A stretch of 32,000 nt of DNA from Spirochaetia bacterium (GCA_963668315.1 OY764216.1:2389013-2421012); one strand, 5' to 3'; positions 14,954-24,971 are shown, numbered from the stretch's first letter. The notes: generated by a model not told the origin, from the letters alone. Numbers and translations are program-made.

Positions 14954-14998
14954 AAAAAAAAGCCCTTTGGAATATTGTCTATTCCAAAGGGCTTTTTG
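14954..14998. terminator. Bidirectional intrinsic terminator (serves the MCP gene on the minus strand)
   Basis: A perfect 14-bp inverted repeat, AGCCCTTTGGAATA (14961-14974) and TATTCCAAAGGGCT (14980-14993), has a 5-nt loop. It is flanked by A7 (14954-14960) and T5 (14994-14998). Confidence 0.85.
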
Positions 14999-15018
14999 CT
15001 AGGATAATGTGTAAATGT

Positions 15019-17097
15019 CTAGTCTATCAATTCGTCCTCATTCGCTTCCTGAACTCCTTCATTCAGAGAGATCTTTTGAGGATTTTCCTTAGGTAAATCA
15101 CTTTTTTTTGCATCTGCCGTAGATGGGGATTTTTCCTTTGTCTTATCTCGGGAGGAGCGCTGGGGGGAGAGTTCCCTTTCTTCCGATCGACTCTCACTCA
15201 AAGTCAGGTTCTCTTTCCCATCCTCTGCTTCCTGATCAAGTTCGTCTTCGGTACGGAAATAATCCAATTCATGGCCGATCCTTTCAGCCACGGAGCCGAT
15301 ATCTTCGGTCGTTTTTTTCACTATGCCAATAGCCTGGGAAATTTCATCGATTCCCTGGGAAACCTGTTCAATCCCTCCGGACACATTACCGGCCAGGGCC
15401 TGAACTTCTTCCACGGCAATTTTCATCGATTCCGACTGGGACGTCATTTCATTGGATTCCTCCCTGACCGTGGTGGCGGTTGACTGGAGAGACACCATGG
15501 CCGATATGATCTGGTCTCCCCCGGATTTCAGTTCGCCCATGCTGCTGCCGATCTCGCTCATGGAATCGGCCAGTCCTTCCACTTCCTTTACCGTTTCGCC
15601 GAAAGTCCTCGTGGTCATCTCGCTCGATTCAGAGGCGTTCTGGATGCTGCTGATAATTTCGTTCAGGCTGTCGCTGATCTCCCGGGAACTCTCTGAAGAG
15701 GCCTCGGCCAGTTTGCGGATCTCGTCGGCCACGACGGCGAATCCCCGTCCCACGTCTCCCGCATGGGCGGCCTCGATAGCCGCGTTCATGGCAAGAAGGT
15801 TAGTCTGGGAGGCAATATTATTGATCACTTCGATCATCTCCCGTATCGTATCGATGCTGCTGTTGATTCTGTTGATATTGGAGGCTGTCTGGGTCAGCTG
15901 GTTATTTCCGTCGGTCATGAGTTTTACCGTTTCCGCCAGGCTGGCCAGTTTTCGGGATGTTACCTGCTCCACATTGGCCACGGAAGCCATCATTTCGTTG
16001 ATGGCAGCGGAGGACTCCTCGATCATAGACGCCTGGTCCTGAACGCCGTCATTCACCTTTTCAATTTTTCCCGAGATGTTCAGGACCGAATCATAGGCGT
16101 TGCGGGTCCTGTCGTCCAGCTGCCGGATATCTTCCCTTATCTCATGGGAACTGACGGCAATCCGCTGTCCCGTCTCCTCCGCCCTGTCAACCTGATCAAT
16201 CAGCCGGTCCCTTATGACCAGATTCTCATGGGAGACACCCTTGATTCTCGTTATGATTCCATTGAGATTTGTCTGGAATGAATTGAGGTTATCATTGAGC
16301 CGGGCCAGGTCGTCCCGGGAGTTTACATTATTCTCCGTACGCAGGTCTCCGTCCTTGAGGTGATCAATAGAAGAATCGATATGGCGGATATTCGTGGCGA
16401 TTTTATTGGAGAAGGCCAGACTGAAAATCAGTATAGCCGCCAAAGCCAGTCCTATTGAGGCCAGTGTTATGACCTGGGTCAGAAACTCATAGCGGCGAAT
16501 GGTGCTGTTGATACGTAAAAATTGATCTTCAAGAACATCAAGGGAGCTTTCCAGGGCATTTTTATAGACCGTATGTTTCATGATGAACTCATTAAGGGTG
16601 TATTCAAAATAAGCCCGGTCCTCTTCTGTGGCCCTGTCCAGAAACTGCCTGGAAATATAGATTTTCATAAAAGTGAAGGAATCAAGAAAAATATAGGTAT
16701 CTTCGATGGCTTCCCGGAATGAAGTATCGGCTTTCACTAAATCCTGGAATCGTGTTCTCCTCAATTCGTTAAGGTTCGTGATAATATCGATTGCATCGGA
16801 CATGGAGGCACTCTGCTTCTTAAGGTAGTTCAATGCTTCGGTCTTCTCAAAAAATGAGTCTGTTATCTTGGATGCCTCATAAAGAGCTTCCATCCCCTTC
16901 TTATAAGGGGTATCGCCGAGAATGGCATACAGATCGATCCTTTCCTGATTGATACTTTTTTCAAGCTGCTCCAGAATCTCCGCTTCTTCGTTGATTCTCT
17001 TAACAGGAACAGCCGTGAGAAAATAGAAGAGTATGATGAGCATGAAAGCGGCAATAATTCCGGTTATCAGCAGGAATAACTTAGATTTGATTGTCAT
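15019..17097 (-). CDS. Methyl-accepting chemotaxis protein (692 aa)
   Basis: The N-terminal TM helix, a ligand-binding region of about 180 aa, a second TM helix and a HAMP domain are followed by the highly conserved signalling hairpin [43 protein letters not shown] precedes ATG 17097. Confidence 0.92.
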   Translation of the reverse strand: MTIKSKLFLLITGIIAAFMLIILFYFLTAVPVKRINEEAEILEQLEKSINQERIDLYAILGDTPYKKGMEALYEASKITDSFFEKTEALNYLKKQSASMSDAIDIITNLNELRRTRFQDLVKADTSFREAIEDTYIFLDSFTFMKIYISRQFLDRATEEDRAYFEYTLNEFIMKHTVYKNALESSLDVLEDQFLRINSTIRRYEFLTQVITLASIGLALAAILIFSLAFSNKIATNIRHIDSSIDHLKDGDLRTENNVNSRDDLARLNDNLNSFQTNLNGIITRIKGVSHENLVIRDRLIDQVDRAEETGQRIAVSSHEIREDIRQLDDRTRNAYDSVLNISGKIEKVNDGVQDQASMIEESSAAINEMMASVANVEQVTSRKLASLAETVKLMTDGNNQLTQTASNINRINSSIDTIREMIEVINNIASQTNLLAMNAAIEAAHAGDVGRGFAVVADEIRKLAEASSESSREISDSLNEIISSIQNASESSEMTTRTFGETVKEVEGLADSMSEIGSSMGELKSGGDQIISAMVSLQSTATTVREESNEMTSQSESMKIAVEEVQALAGNVSGGIEQVSQGIDEISQAIGIVKKTTEDIGSVAERIGHELDYFRTEDELDQEAEDGKENLTLSESRSEERELSPQRSSRDKTKEKSPSTADAKKSDLPKENPQKISLNEGVQEANEDELID

Positions 17098-17165
17098 GGC
17101 CAGAACTCCTTTTGTACGGTCAGTTTCTCAATTGTAACTCAGGAAGGGAGATTTTACCTAATCAT

Positions 17166-18362
17166 TTTCTTAATGTTTTCGATTTTTGACATCCTTCTCT
17201 GATTCAAACGGCCTTCTTATTTAAGGGATTAACCAGGTTTCTGTTCCAATGAGCTGCCTGATAACCGGTAAGACATTCTGTGAAGTCCTCGGTTCTTCTG
17301 CTTATTCCATAAAATATAGCCTGAATTATTTTATAGCGCCTTTCCAGTGAAATACCCGCTGCCTGGCAATGATAGTTGTATTTTCCTTTTCTTCTGTTAA
17401 TCCGAAAGGGTTTAAGGAAATTATGCCAAAAACTATAGCAGGAAAACCTATCCATACTGTTATTCATATTTCTCCCGAATTGAACCGTTTCACGGATATA
17501 TTCGGCCAGATCTTTTCTTATCTGACGGTCTATGTAATTGCAGGGAAATAGTTTGTTTAGATAGTTCCGTTCAACAAGAGAGTTTGTCGTACGGTGCAAA
17601 ATCTTCGGTGATAGTGACCTATGGTTGTTAAATTGATAACGATAAATAGGGTGTTCATCCGTATCAATTATGATAGTTTTTAAGGACGATTTATCGGCTT
17701 TTGTAGAGAGATAATCAAGAATTTCCCTAAATCGATGTGAGGCTGCTTTCCTTTCGAAACAGGCATCCCTGTAAAGCTTCTGCTTTTGTATTTTTTGTTC
17801 TTCCGTACATATTCCTTTACGTTTGAAGTGATAGGCGTTGAACATATAAATAAATTGGGATCGCTGTCCCACAAGGATATTTACATTCGTTGGAAAATAC
17901 TGGGAAAGGATAAAGTTTTCCAGACCATCGGCTGCGACTGATTCATTCAATTCAAGATCATGGATTTCCTTAGCGCATACAGATGTAATTCTGCGTGATA
18001 ACCGCATCAGGCGGTTAATTATCATTTGGGGAGAACAGTGAAAAGCTCTGGCCATATCTCTTATCCCCGATCCGCTGACTAAATGATCTAAGAGTTTTAT
18101 ATAGGATAGATTCCTGTGGATATAATGGTCTATGGAGAAATAAGATAAAGAAAATGTACGATGACACTTCTTACATTGATATCTCTGAATTCTTCCTATT
18201 CTTTTAGTGTAGATAAAACCTTTCTTCCGCATCCAGCCTGAATCGGCAGGCGGATGTTTATAATTCTGACAATGGCGGTTGGGACAATAAAGTTTATCTT
18301 TCATATAAAGCCTCCTCTTTAATCAATGTTTACTTTAAAAGAGGGGAAAATTGTCCAAAATC
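17166..18362 (-). mobile_element. IS1-family insertion sequence, single-ORF type, about 1.2 kb
   Basis: A 9-bp direct repeat CCTAATCAT occurs at 17157-17165 and 18363-18371. Imperfect terminal inverted repeats are GATTTTTGACA (17181-17191) and GATTTTGGACA (rc of 18352-18362). The left boundary is ambiguous (17166 or 17181). The element encloses one transposase gene. Confidence 0.7.
17204..18304 (-). CDS. IS1-family transposase, fused InsA-InsB-like (366 aa)
   Basis: The N-terminal zinc ribbon CPNRHC...QRYQCKKCHRTFS resembles IS1 InsA (QRY-x-C-x2-C-x2-T). An HTH (IRDMARAFHCSPQMIINRL) follows. The catalytic region has AADGLENF, IIIDTDEHPIY and NYIDRQIRKDL...RETVQFGR, to compare with IS1 N-x-I-E-R-x-N...RKT-x-x-F-S. 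SD AGAGGAGG lies 6 nt upstream. Confidence 0.75.
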   Translation of the reverse strand: MKDKLYCPNRHCQNYKHPPADSGWMRKKGFIYTKRIGRIQRYQCKKCHRTFSLSYFSIDHYIHRNLSYIKLLDHLVSGSGIRDMARAFHCSPQMIINRLMRLSRRITSVCAKEIHDLELNESVAADGLENFILSQYFPTNVNILVGQRSQFIYMFNAYHFKRKGICTEEQKIQKQKLYRDACFERKAASHRFREILDYLSTKADKSSLKTIIIDTDEHPIYRYQFNNHRSLSPKILHRTTNSLVERNYLNKLFPCNYIDRQIRKDLAEYIRETVQFGRNMNNSMDRFSCYSFWHNFLKPFRINRRKGKYNYHCQAAGISLERRYKIIQAIFYGISRRTEDFTECLTGYQAAHWNRNLVNPLNKKAV

Positions 18363-18504
18363 CCTAATCATGGGGAATTCATGTCACAAATGGAGAACAT
18401 TACATGGTATAATAAACATTCATATAAAACCGGACCGCCTTTGGATCGCCGGGCATAATCTGGTTGTTATTTACGTAATAAATCTCAAAGGGGGAGAATC
18501 TTTT

Positions 18505-19686
18505 ATGAAACCATTAAAGGATTACAGTTTTATCCGCGGCGTGTGTCATAACCCGACCCTGGGACTGACAAAAAAAGAGCTTGAGGAGAGGCTTGACAGG
18601 GAGCTTGGATATTGCCGCAAACTCAACTTGAATTCCATTCGTTTCTGGCTGGTCCCAGAGGAGTATAACAAGGATCCCAGGGGATACCTTGATATCATTG
18701 AAACTTTTATCAGGAAGTGCAATGAATTTGATATTACCGTGATGCCTATCCTCTGGAACGGGAATTTTATTACCGATTTTGAAGATCCCGGTGAAGAGTG
18801 GTATGAAAAGGCCGGAAAATATGCCGGGGATGTTATCGGCCGGTTTAAGGATGAACCGAATATTCTGATGTGGGATGTCATTAACGAGCCCATGTGCAAC
18901 GACTATATGAACCATAGTCCGGCGGAAGAATATGATGTCCGTTTTGAGAAAATCAAAAAATATATCCGAAGGCTGTTCGCCATTGTCAAAGAACTTGACC
19001 GGGAAAATTGTCTGACCGTGGGACATGAGCAGGTCAGGCACTGTCTTTCCACCGATGATTTGGTGGATGTAATCTGTTATCACGACTATCTGGGCACCCG
19101 CAGGGAGATCGAGGGAGCAATTTTCGACGCGGAGAGGCTGAGGGATAAATGGGACAAACCGATTTTAAATACCGAGACAGGATGTGTGGGCCGGGCAAAT
19201 CCCTATGAGATAGAGCTTGAGCTGGCGCAGAAACACAGGGTGGGCTGGTATGTGTTTAATCTGATTTCCGAAGGATTCTGGGGCGATATTCATGGTTTGG
19301 TATATCCCGACGGAACCATCAGGGATCCGGCAGTCATTGCGGCTCTGTTCGGCTTTTTCCGAAACAGGGAGGGAGGCCGAATCCCCGTCAATGCCAATAA
19401 GGAGGGGCACGCCGACAGGGCCGTTAAACGGGTGGAGGATGTCCTTCGGGTGGAGCCGACGACCCTGTTCATGTCAAGGGATAAAACCACTGAAGAGATC
19501 CTGGACGCGGCGGAGTATTGCGTGAATATTCTGGAAGGGGCAGAAATGGTTCCCATGTGGAACCCTCCTTCGGCCAGGATAGAGGCGTTCAGAAGGATTC
19601 CCGAAGAAGAACGTGATGTTTATGAGATAAGAGAATTCGCCTTTAGTATGGCGAAACTCCTGAAAGAAAAATGTCATATCCTGTGA
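18505..19686 (+). CDS. Clan GH-A (GH5-like) TIM-barrel glycoside hydrolase, cytoplasmic (393 aa)
   Basis: NSIRFWL, the acid/base motif WDVINEP, YHDY and the nucleophile-like NTETG occur in the order and spacing expected for clan GH-A. There is no signal peptide. Start moved to ATG 18505, where GGGGGAG lies 8 nt upstream. Confidence 0.6.
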   Translation: MKPLKDYSFIRGVCHNPTLGLTKKELEERLDRELGYCRKLNLNSIRFWLVPEEYNKDPRGYLDIIETFIRKCNEFDITVMPILWNGNFITDFEDPGEEWYEKAGKYAGDVIGRFKDEPNILMWDVINEPMCNDYMNHSPAEEYDVRFEKIKKYIRRLFAIVKELDRENCLTVGHEQVRHCLSTDDLVDVICYHDYLGTRREIEGAIFDAERLRDKWDKPILNTETGCVGRANPYEIELELAQKHRVGWYVFNLISEGFWGDIHGLVYPDGTIRDPAVIAALFGFFRNREGGRIPVNANKEGHADRAVKRVEDVLRVEPTTLFMSRDKTTEEILDAAEYCVNILEGAEMVPMWNPPSARIEAFRRIPEEERDVYEIREFAFSMAKLLKEKCHIL

Positions 19687-19700
19687 TGAGGCCTTATTGT

Positions 19701-19733
19701 CGCTCCCTATTTTATTACGTATAGTAGGGAGCG
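19701..19733 (+). other. Perfect 9-bp stem hairpin immediately upstream of the map SD
   Basis: CGCTCCCTA (19701-19709) pairs with TAGGGAGCG (19725-19733) across a 15-nt loop. No T-run follows, so this is not a canonical terminator. Confidence 0.5.
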
Positions 19734-19748
19734 TATAAGGAAAATTCA

Positions 19749-20498
19749 GTGATAAGTATAAAGAATCAGGATGAAATAAAGAAATTACGGGAGTGCGGCA
19801 TAATTCTCGCGTCTCTCTATCAGCATTTGGAACCCTATGTCCAGGAGGGAATTACCACCGGGGAGCTGGATCGTATTGCAGAGGATTACATTCTGGGTAA
19901 GGGGTGCGTCCCTGTTCAAAAGGGGTATTACGGTTTTCCCGCCACCCTCTGTGTTTCGGTAAATGAAGAAGTGATTCACGGAATCCCCGGCAAACGAAAG
20001 CTCAAGGATGGAGATCTTGTCGGTATTGACTGCACCATTTCCAAGGACAGTCTTCTGACGGACAGTGCGAAAACTTTTCCCGTGGGAAACATCTCAGCCG
20101 ATGACCGGCTGCTCATGGAAAGAACGGCCAAAGCCCTTGAAGTGGGAATTTCAGTAGCCGAGCATAACATGCGGTCCTCTGATATCGGAAAAGCGATAGA
20201 GAGCTTTCTGAAGCCCTTCGGATACGGCATCGTCAGGGATTACTGCGGTCACGGGATCGGGTATGAGATTCATGAGGATCCCACCATCCTGCACTACTAT
20301 TCCAGGCGATACAGCCGCCGATTGAAGGCCGGAATGGTTTTTACCATTGAGCCCATGATCAACAGGGGAACCCATAAGGTCGAAGTCCTCGAGGATGAGT
20401 GGACCGTGGTGACGGCCGACGGTCTGAAATCCTGTCATTTCGAGCATACCATCTGTCTGACCGAGACGGGATGCGAGATTCTGACCCTTCCCGAATAG
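19749..20498 (+). CDS. map: Methionine aminopeptidase, type I (249 aa), GTG start
   Basis: GYYGFPATLCVSVNEEVIHGIP, DLVGIDC, CGHGIGYEIHEDP, FTIEPMI and HFEHT contain the metal-ligand motifs of MetAP-I. AAGGAA lies 6 nt before GTG 19749. Confidence 0.92.
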   Translation: MISIKNQDEIKKLRECGIILASLYQHLEPYVQEGITTGELDRIAEDYILGKGCVPVQKGYYGFPATLCVSVNEEVIHGIPGKRKLKDGDLVGIDCTISKDSLLTDSAKTFPVGNISADDRLLMERTAKALEVGISVAEHNMRSSDIGKAIESFLKPFGYGIVRDYCGHGIGYEIHEDPTILHYYSRRYSRRLKAGMVFTIEPMINRGTHKVEVLEDEWTVVTADGLKSCHFEHTICLTETGCEILTLPE

Positions 20499-20523
20499 AT
20501 CGGCAAAACAGAGGAACAGTCAT

Positions 20524-21486
20524 ATGGCGAAAATATATACCATGGGAGAGATCCTTGTTGAAATTATGAGGGATTCCGTAGATTCTCCCCTGAATGAACC
20601 GGGGCGTTTTGTCGGTCCCTTTCCTTCCGGTGCCCCGGCAATTTTCATTTCCACCGCCGCCCAATTGGGTCATGAGGCCAAAATCTGGGGCGGTACGGGC
20701 AAGGATAAGTTCGGGGAGCTTCTCCTCGGACGTCTGACCGCCGACGGGGTGGACTGCTCAGATATCAGGGCGCAGGAGAAGGGATCGACAGCTGTCGCTT
20801 TTGTTTCCTACGCATCCGACGGGAGCAGAGAGTTTATCTTCCATATCGACGGCACCCCGGCCGGAAATGTTGTCTTCAGCGGGGAAGAAGTCCTTCCTCC
20901 CGATTACTTTCATGTTATGGGCTGTTCCCTGATGGTCAACGATTCCCTTCATGATAATATATGCCGGGCCGTTGAATGGGCCGTATCAAAGGGAGCCCGG
21001 ATCTCCTTTGACCCCAATATCAGGCCTGAACTGCTGGGAGGTCGCGATGTGTATGACATCGCCGGTGCTGTTATCGAGAATACTTCTGTCTTTCTTCCGG
21101 GAGTTGACGAACTATTGATGTTTTCCCGGTCAGGGAATGTGGAGGAAGCGGTGGAAGAGCTGTTTTCCCGTTTCCCCCGAATGGAAATTATACACCTGAA
21201 AAGAGGGAAGAGGGGCTCCACCGTATATACCCGCGGGGAACGCATCGAGATACCTATCTATCCTATTGAGAAGGTCAGGGATATCGTTGATCCCACCGGT
21301 GCCGGCGACTCCTTCGACGCCGCCTTTATCTGCGGTCTGGCCGATAACAAAACTCTGGAAGAGGCGGGGCACTACGCGGCTAAGGCGGGGGCGATAAACT
21401 CGACGGTGTTCGGGCCGATGGGAGGGGATATGAAGTTGATCGGCCACGATTTCCTTCGATCGAACAGGGGCGGCAGAACAACATAA
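20524..21486 (+). CDS. PfkB-family sugar kinase (fructokinase/KDG-kinase-like), 320 aa
   Basis: The PfkB signature DPTGAGDSFDAAFICGL lies near the C-terminus. The N-terminal GEILVE...GPFPSGAPA fold motif is also present. Confidence 0.8.
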   Translation: MAKIYTMGEILVEIMRDSVDSPLNEPGRFVGPFPSGAPAIFISTAAQLGHEAKIWGGTGKDKFGELLLGRLTADGVDCSDIRAQEKGSTAVAFVSYASDGSREFIFHIDGTPAGNVVFSGEEVLPPDYFHVMGCSLMVNDSLHDNICRAVEWAVSKGARISFDPNIRPELLGGRDVYDIAGAVIENTSVFLPGVDELLMFSRSGNVEEAVEELFSRFPRMEIIHLKRGKRGSTVYTRGERIEIPIYPIEKVRDIVDPTGAGDSFDAAFICGLADNKTLEEAGHYAAKAGAINSTVFGPMGGDMKLIGHDFLRSNRGGRTT

Positions 21487-21505
21487 TTAGAATACGGAAT
21501 TCAGT

Positions 21506-21676
21506 ATGAAGGTAAAGAAAAGACTGGAACTATGGGGCTGGGGACTCTTCTCTGCGGGAAGCGGTATCTATTTTGTGGAGAGTCTTATTAATGGGAATCC
21601 TCTCGCTATGACGGGAAGCGCCGCCTTTTGCATCGGATGCGTCTGTTTTATTCTCAGCGAGAGATTTAAGGATTAG
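21506..21676 (+). CDS. Small two-TM membrane protein, 56 aa (hypothetical; below the ORF-track cutoff)
   Basis: ATG 21506 to TAG 21674-21676 gives MKVKKRLELWGWGLFSAGSGIYFVESLINGNPLAMTGSAAFCIGCVCFILSERFKD. It has two hydrophobic segments and a basic N-terminus. The SD is weak. Confidence 0.35.
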   Translation: MKVKKRLELWGWGLFSAGSGIYFVESLINGNPLAMTGSAAFCIGCVCFILSERFKD

Positions 21677-21779
21677 GCCTTTCGTTTTTCCTGTCACGGA
21701 TGAGAGAAAAGGGCGGGGTGGATTATTCTGTCAATACATATTACAATTGTTATATATGATATGAAAGAGAGAAAAGTCC

Positions 21780-22505
21780 ATGGAATATTTACAAGCCGCC
21801 GTTTTTTTAGAATCCCTGATCAAAGAAACAAATAATCTCCTCCTTCAGAATAAAGAGATGATTCTGGAATCTCCCAATCGGATGCGGGTTATTCTGGATG
21901 ACGGAACCCGGGAGGATATTCCCATGGATTCCTACACTAATGACTATGTAAAGAGAACCCTGGATAATCTGGGAAGCTCGAAGGCGTTCATCATGACCGA
22001 TATGGTCTCCACGGAAATTAAGGGAAAGGACGTCACCTATCTATCCTATAAAGCGTATCACGGGGAAGTTGATAAGGGGCTGGTTTTTTATCAGCTGGTG
22101 GACAAAATATTCCTCTCTCCCGTGGGACCCCTCCGTTTCAGCAATCTTGAGGATAATATTTTCTATAGGGTACCTTCTCCCCCAAGCGAAGAGAGCTCCT
22201 GCAATACGATGGAGACGGACAGAGTGGTGGAGAACGGAAAGAGCATTGTGTTCTTCATCGGGCATATGGATGAAGAGCGGCTTATCTACGATATCCAGCG
22301 ATTGATTTTCGATACGGTGAATAATGTGACAAGGCATCCTGAACTTCAATTCGAGTTTATTATCCAGATTGCCCGTTACGGAGCCGCCCCTTCGGATAAT
22401 TTGAGAAGAAGTGTTGAATCCATAGAAGAGTACACGAAAAAGCATATCTATCCTGAATATCCCAATGCCACCTTCGATTTTATCTATGAGCAGGATGCAA
22501 ATTGA
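21780..22505 (+). CDS. Hypothetical protein, 241 aa, no recognisable motif
   Basis: This is a long clean ORF in a visibly AT-richer segment, with no signal peptide. The sequence begins MEYLQAAVFLESLIKETNNLLLQNKEMIL. I do not recognise the family. Confidence 0.55.
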   Translation: MEYLQAAVFLESLIKETNNLLLQNKEMILESPNRMRVILDDGTREDIPMDSYTNDYVKRTLDNLGSSKAFIMTDMVSTEIKGKDVTYLSYKAYHGEVDKGLVFYQLVDKIFLSPVGPLRFSNLEDNIFYRVPSPPSEESSCNTMETDRVVENGKSIVFFIGHMDEERLIYDIQRLIFDTVNNVTRHPELQFEFIIQIARYGAAPSDNLRRSVESIEEYTKKHIYPEYPNATFDFIYEQDAN

Positions 22506-22754
22506 AAATATCCGGCCGTCCCGACGGGCGGAAGAGGGGCAGAGAAATATTAATTTTTTCCCCTCAGTTTAAAATATTACCCCAAAATCGTGTCACCTTT
22601 AAAAGAAAATCTTCTAGTGAAATGAAGAAAACCCCCGTACAATAAATCAAGTTTCCCGCTTTTCCGGCCGGATGAAGGGACTTCAGGACATTTCCAGTTA
22701 CAAGGGATGGAAAGAAGCTTCCATGGGAAAACATTCAAGTTTAGGGGTTTTATA

Positions 22755-24023
22755 ATGAAGAAAAGATTTTTTATGGTTTTAATCATTTCCGTATTTTGCC
22801 TGTCCATAGGGTTCGCCAACGGTAATTCGGAAGCAGGAGCCAAAGGCGGCGACGGTCCCGTAGAGCTGTCCATCTGGCATTATTTTGAACATGAGGCGGA
22901 AGCCCTCGAAAAGGTGGCAGCCAGTTTCAGCGATATGAAGCAGAATGTCAATATCGTGGCCACCTACATTTCCCGTGAAGAGCTTATGAAACAGTACACC
23001 ATCGGTGCCGTTTCGGGAAAACTTCCCGATATCGGGATGGTAGATTCTCCCGACCACGCCTCCTTTATTTCCCTGGGGGTTTTTGAGGATATTACCGATG
23101 AACTGAAAGCCTGGGGGGAACTGGACCAGTTCTATAAAGGCCCCTTAAGCAGCTGTATGGACAGCGATGGCCGTATCTACGGTCTCCCGAACAACTCCAA
23201 CTGCCTCGCTCTGGCCTGTAACATGGATATTCTTAACGCCGCCGGTTTCTCCGAACCTCCCCAGACATGGGATGAGTTTTATGAAGTGGCCAAGGCTACG
23301 ACCAATCCCGCCGACATGGTATACGGATTCGCCATGAGCGCCAACAGCAACGAAGAGGGTACTTTCCAGCTGATTCCCTGGCTTTACGCTTCGGGCGCCA
23401 CCGTTTCCACTCTGGATACTCCCGCCGCCGCTTCTTCTGTCGCTTTCCTGACTTCTCTGGTAGAAGAGGGGTATATGAGCAAGGAAGTCGTAAACTGGGG
23501 ACAGGGCGATGCCTATAATGCTTTCTGTGCCGGAAAAGCCGCCATGCTCGAATCGGGTACCTGGCAGCTCGCCACCATCGATGACGATATCAATGGTACC
23601 TTTAATTACGAATACGCCTTCCTGCCCAAGGAAGCCAACTACGCCACGGTAATCGGAGGCGAGAACTTCGGTGTATGCGTCGGCTCCAGGGACAGAGAGA
23701 TGAGCATTGAGTTCCTGACCTACCTGCAGACAGCCGAAAACAACGCCGACTGGTGCGAGATCGCCGGTAAGCTCCCCGTCAGGAAAGACGCCGCCGAACT
23801 GAAGAGCTTCTGGACGGAAGACGAGAGATTCGCCGTTTTCAACGAAGCGATGAATTACTCCGTTCCCCGCGGTCCCCACGAAGAGTGGCCCACCATCTCC
23901 AAAGCTCTGTATACTTCTTTGCAGGCCGCTTTGATTGGCGAGAAAACTCCCGAGAAAGCCATGGCCGATGCCGCTGCCGTTGTTAATCCCATCCTGGCGG
24001 AAACACCCATAGCCGGGAATTAA
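22755..24023 (+). CDS. ABC transporter extracellular sugar-binding protein (family 1 / CUT1), 422 aa
   Basis: Start moved to ATG 22755, which gives the signal sequence MKKRFFMVLIISVFCLSIGFANG. The body is typical of CUT1 binding proteins (ELSIWHYF..., GKLPDIGMVD, AMLESGTWQ). Two permease genes follow. Confidence 0.85.
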   Translation: MKKRFFMVLIISVFCLSIGFANGNSEAGAKGGDGPVELSIWHYFEHEAEALEKVAASFSDMKQNVNIVATYISREELMKQYTIGAVSGKLPDIGMVDSPDHASFISLGVFEDITDELKAWGELDQFYKGPLSSCMDSDGRIYGLPNNSNCLALACNMDILNAAGFSEPPQTWDEFYEVAKATTNPADMVYGFAMSANSNEEGTFQLIPWLYASGATVSTLDTPAAASSVAFLTSLVEEGYMSKEVVNWGQGDAYNAFCAGKAAMLESGTWQLATIDDDINGTFNYEYAFLPKEANYATVIGGENFGVCVGSRDREMSIEFLTYLQTAENNADWCEIAGKLPVRKDAAELKSFWTEDERFAVFNEAMNYSVPRGPHEEWPTISKALYTSLQAALIGEKTPEKAMADAAAVVNPILAETPIAGN

Positions 24024-24031
24024 ATCCCATA

Positions 24032-24054
24032 GGCCGCCTGTCAGGCAGGCGGCC
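24032..24054 (+). other. Intercistronic GC hairpin after the binding-protein gene
   Basis: GGCCGCCTG (24032-24040) pairs with CAGGCGGCC (24046-24054) across a 5-nt loop. No U-tract follows. This fits an mRNA-stabilising or attenuating element that raises binding-protein expression relative to the permeases. Confidence 0.5.
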
Positions 24055-24074
24055 TCTCCTGCAAGGACCATTCT

Positions 24075-24971
24075 ATGAAACTGACCATTGAAAAAAGGCG
24101 GAGGCTGGAAGGGTATATATTCATAGTTCCTGCTTTCACCTATATCGTATCCATACTGGGATATCCACTTTTATACAATTTTTATCTGAGTTTCCATAAT
24201 ACCAACATCAAGACTTTCAAAAAGGGAACCTCCGTGTTCGTGGGACTGGCTAACTATATTGACCTCTTCCATGATCCCACCTTCCTGCTGGTAATAAAAA
24301 ATACCTTTATCTTTACCATAGGATGTCTTATCTTTCAATTTACCCTGGGGTTTATCTTTGCCCTGTTTTTCTCGAAAAAATTCACCCTGGCCGGACCTCT
24401 CCGGGGGCTCATACTCATCGGCTTCATGATGCCCATGGCGGTGACGGCCATGCTGGGAAAGAATGTCTTCGGGGTTTCTTCGGGACTGATCAATGATCTG
24501 CTCTTAAAGGCAGGTTTAATTTATAATCCGATTGAATGGCTTGTCGATACCAAAACGGCCATGAAGGCGGTTATCGCCGTCAACTGCTGGGTGGGAATCC
24601 CCTTCAATATGTTGCTGCTTACGTCGGGTCTGACCAATATTTCCCAGGAGGTCTACGACAGCGCCGCTGTGGACGGGGCGGGATTTCTGAGGCAGTTCTG
24701 GCATATTACGCTTCCCCTTATCAAACCGGCGATGCAGGCCGTCCTGCTTCTGGGGTTCATCTACACTTTCAAAGCCTTCGACCTTATGTTCGTCATGACC
24801 GCCGGCGGTCCTCTCAACGCCACCGACGTACTGGGGACCTACGCCTATGAACTCTCGTTTACCCAGTATGACTTCTCTCTGGGGGCCACTACGGCTCTGG
24901 TCCTCTTTTTCTTTCTTTTCATAGTGGGCCTCTTCTACCTCAGAATGATCGGCAAGGAGGAAAAATCATGA
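24075..24971 (+). CDS. ABC sugar transporter permease (MalF/LacF-like), 298 aa
   Basis: About six TM segments are visible. The EAA loop is VYDSAAVDGAGFLRQFWHITLPLIKPA. Confidence 0.9.
   Translation: MKLTIEKRRRLEGYIFIVPAFTYIVSILGYPLLYNFYLSFHNTNIKTFKKGTSVFVGLANYIDLFHDPTFLLVIKNTFIFTIGCLIFQFTLGFIFALFFSKKFTLAGPLRGLILIGFMMPMAVTAMLGKNVFGVSSGLINDLLLKAGLIYNPIEWLVDTKTAMKAVIAVNCWVGIPFNMLLLTSGLTNISQEVYDSAAVDGAGFLRQFWHITLPLIKPAMQAVLLLGFIYTFKAFDLMFVMTAGGPLNATDVLGTYAYELSFTQYDFSLGATTALVLFFFLFIVGLFYLRMIGKEEKS

Noticed and set aside
14743-14955. 70-aa minus-strand ORF in the AT-rich spacer upstream of the outer-membrane protein gene.
   Set aside because: Its H/F/I/Y-rich product comes from AT-rich DNA and has no SD. 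The spacer is more plausibly the promoter and leader of the outer-membrane gene. It contains the palindrome GTATAT-A-ATATAC, which I could not tie to a regulator.
17173-18370. Target-site duplication immediately flanking the IS inverted repeats.
   Set aside because: The 8-9 bp directly abutting the inverted repeats do not match (ATGTTTTC on the left, CCTAATCA on the right). Only the offset CCTAATCAT pair matches, so the left boundary is reported as ambiguous rather than asserted.
22506-22754. Operator-like inverted repeats upstream of the ABC binding-protein gene (TTCCA-N11-TGGAA and ATGGAA-N6-TTCCAT around 22700-22735).
   Set aside because: The arms are short (5-6 bp) and within what chance allows in 250 nt. 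I could not link them to a known AraC/YesN-type site, so they are mentioned but not called.
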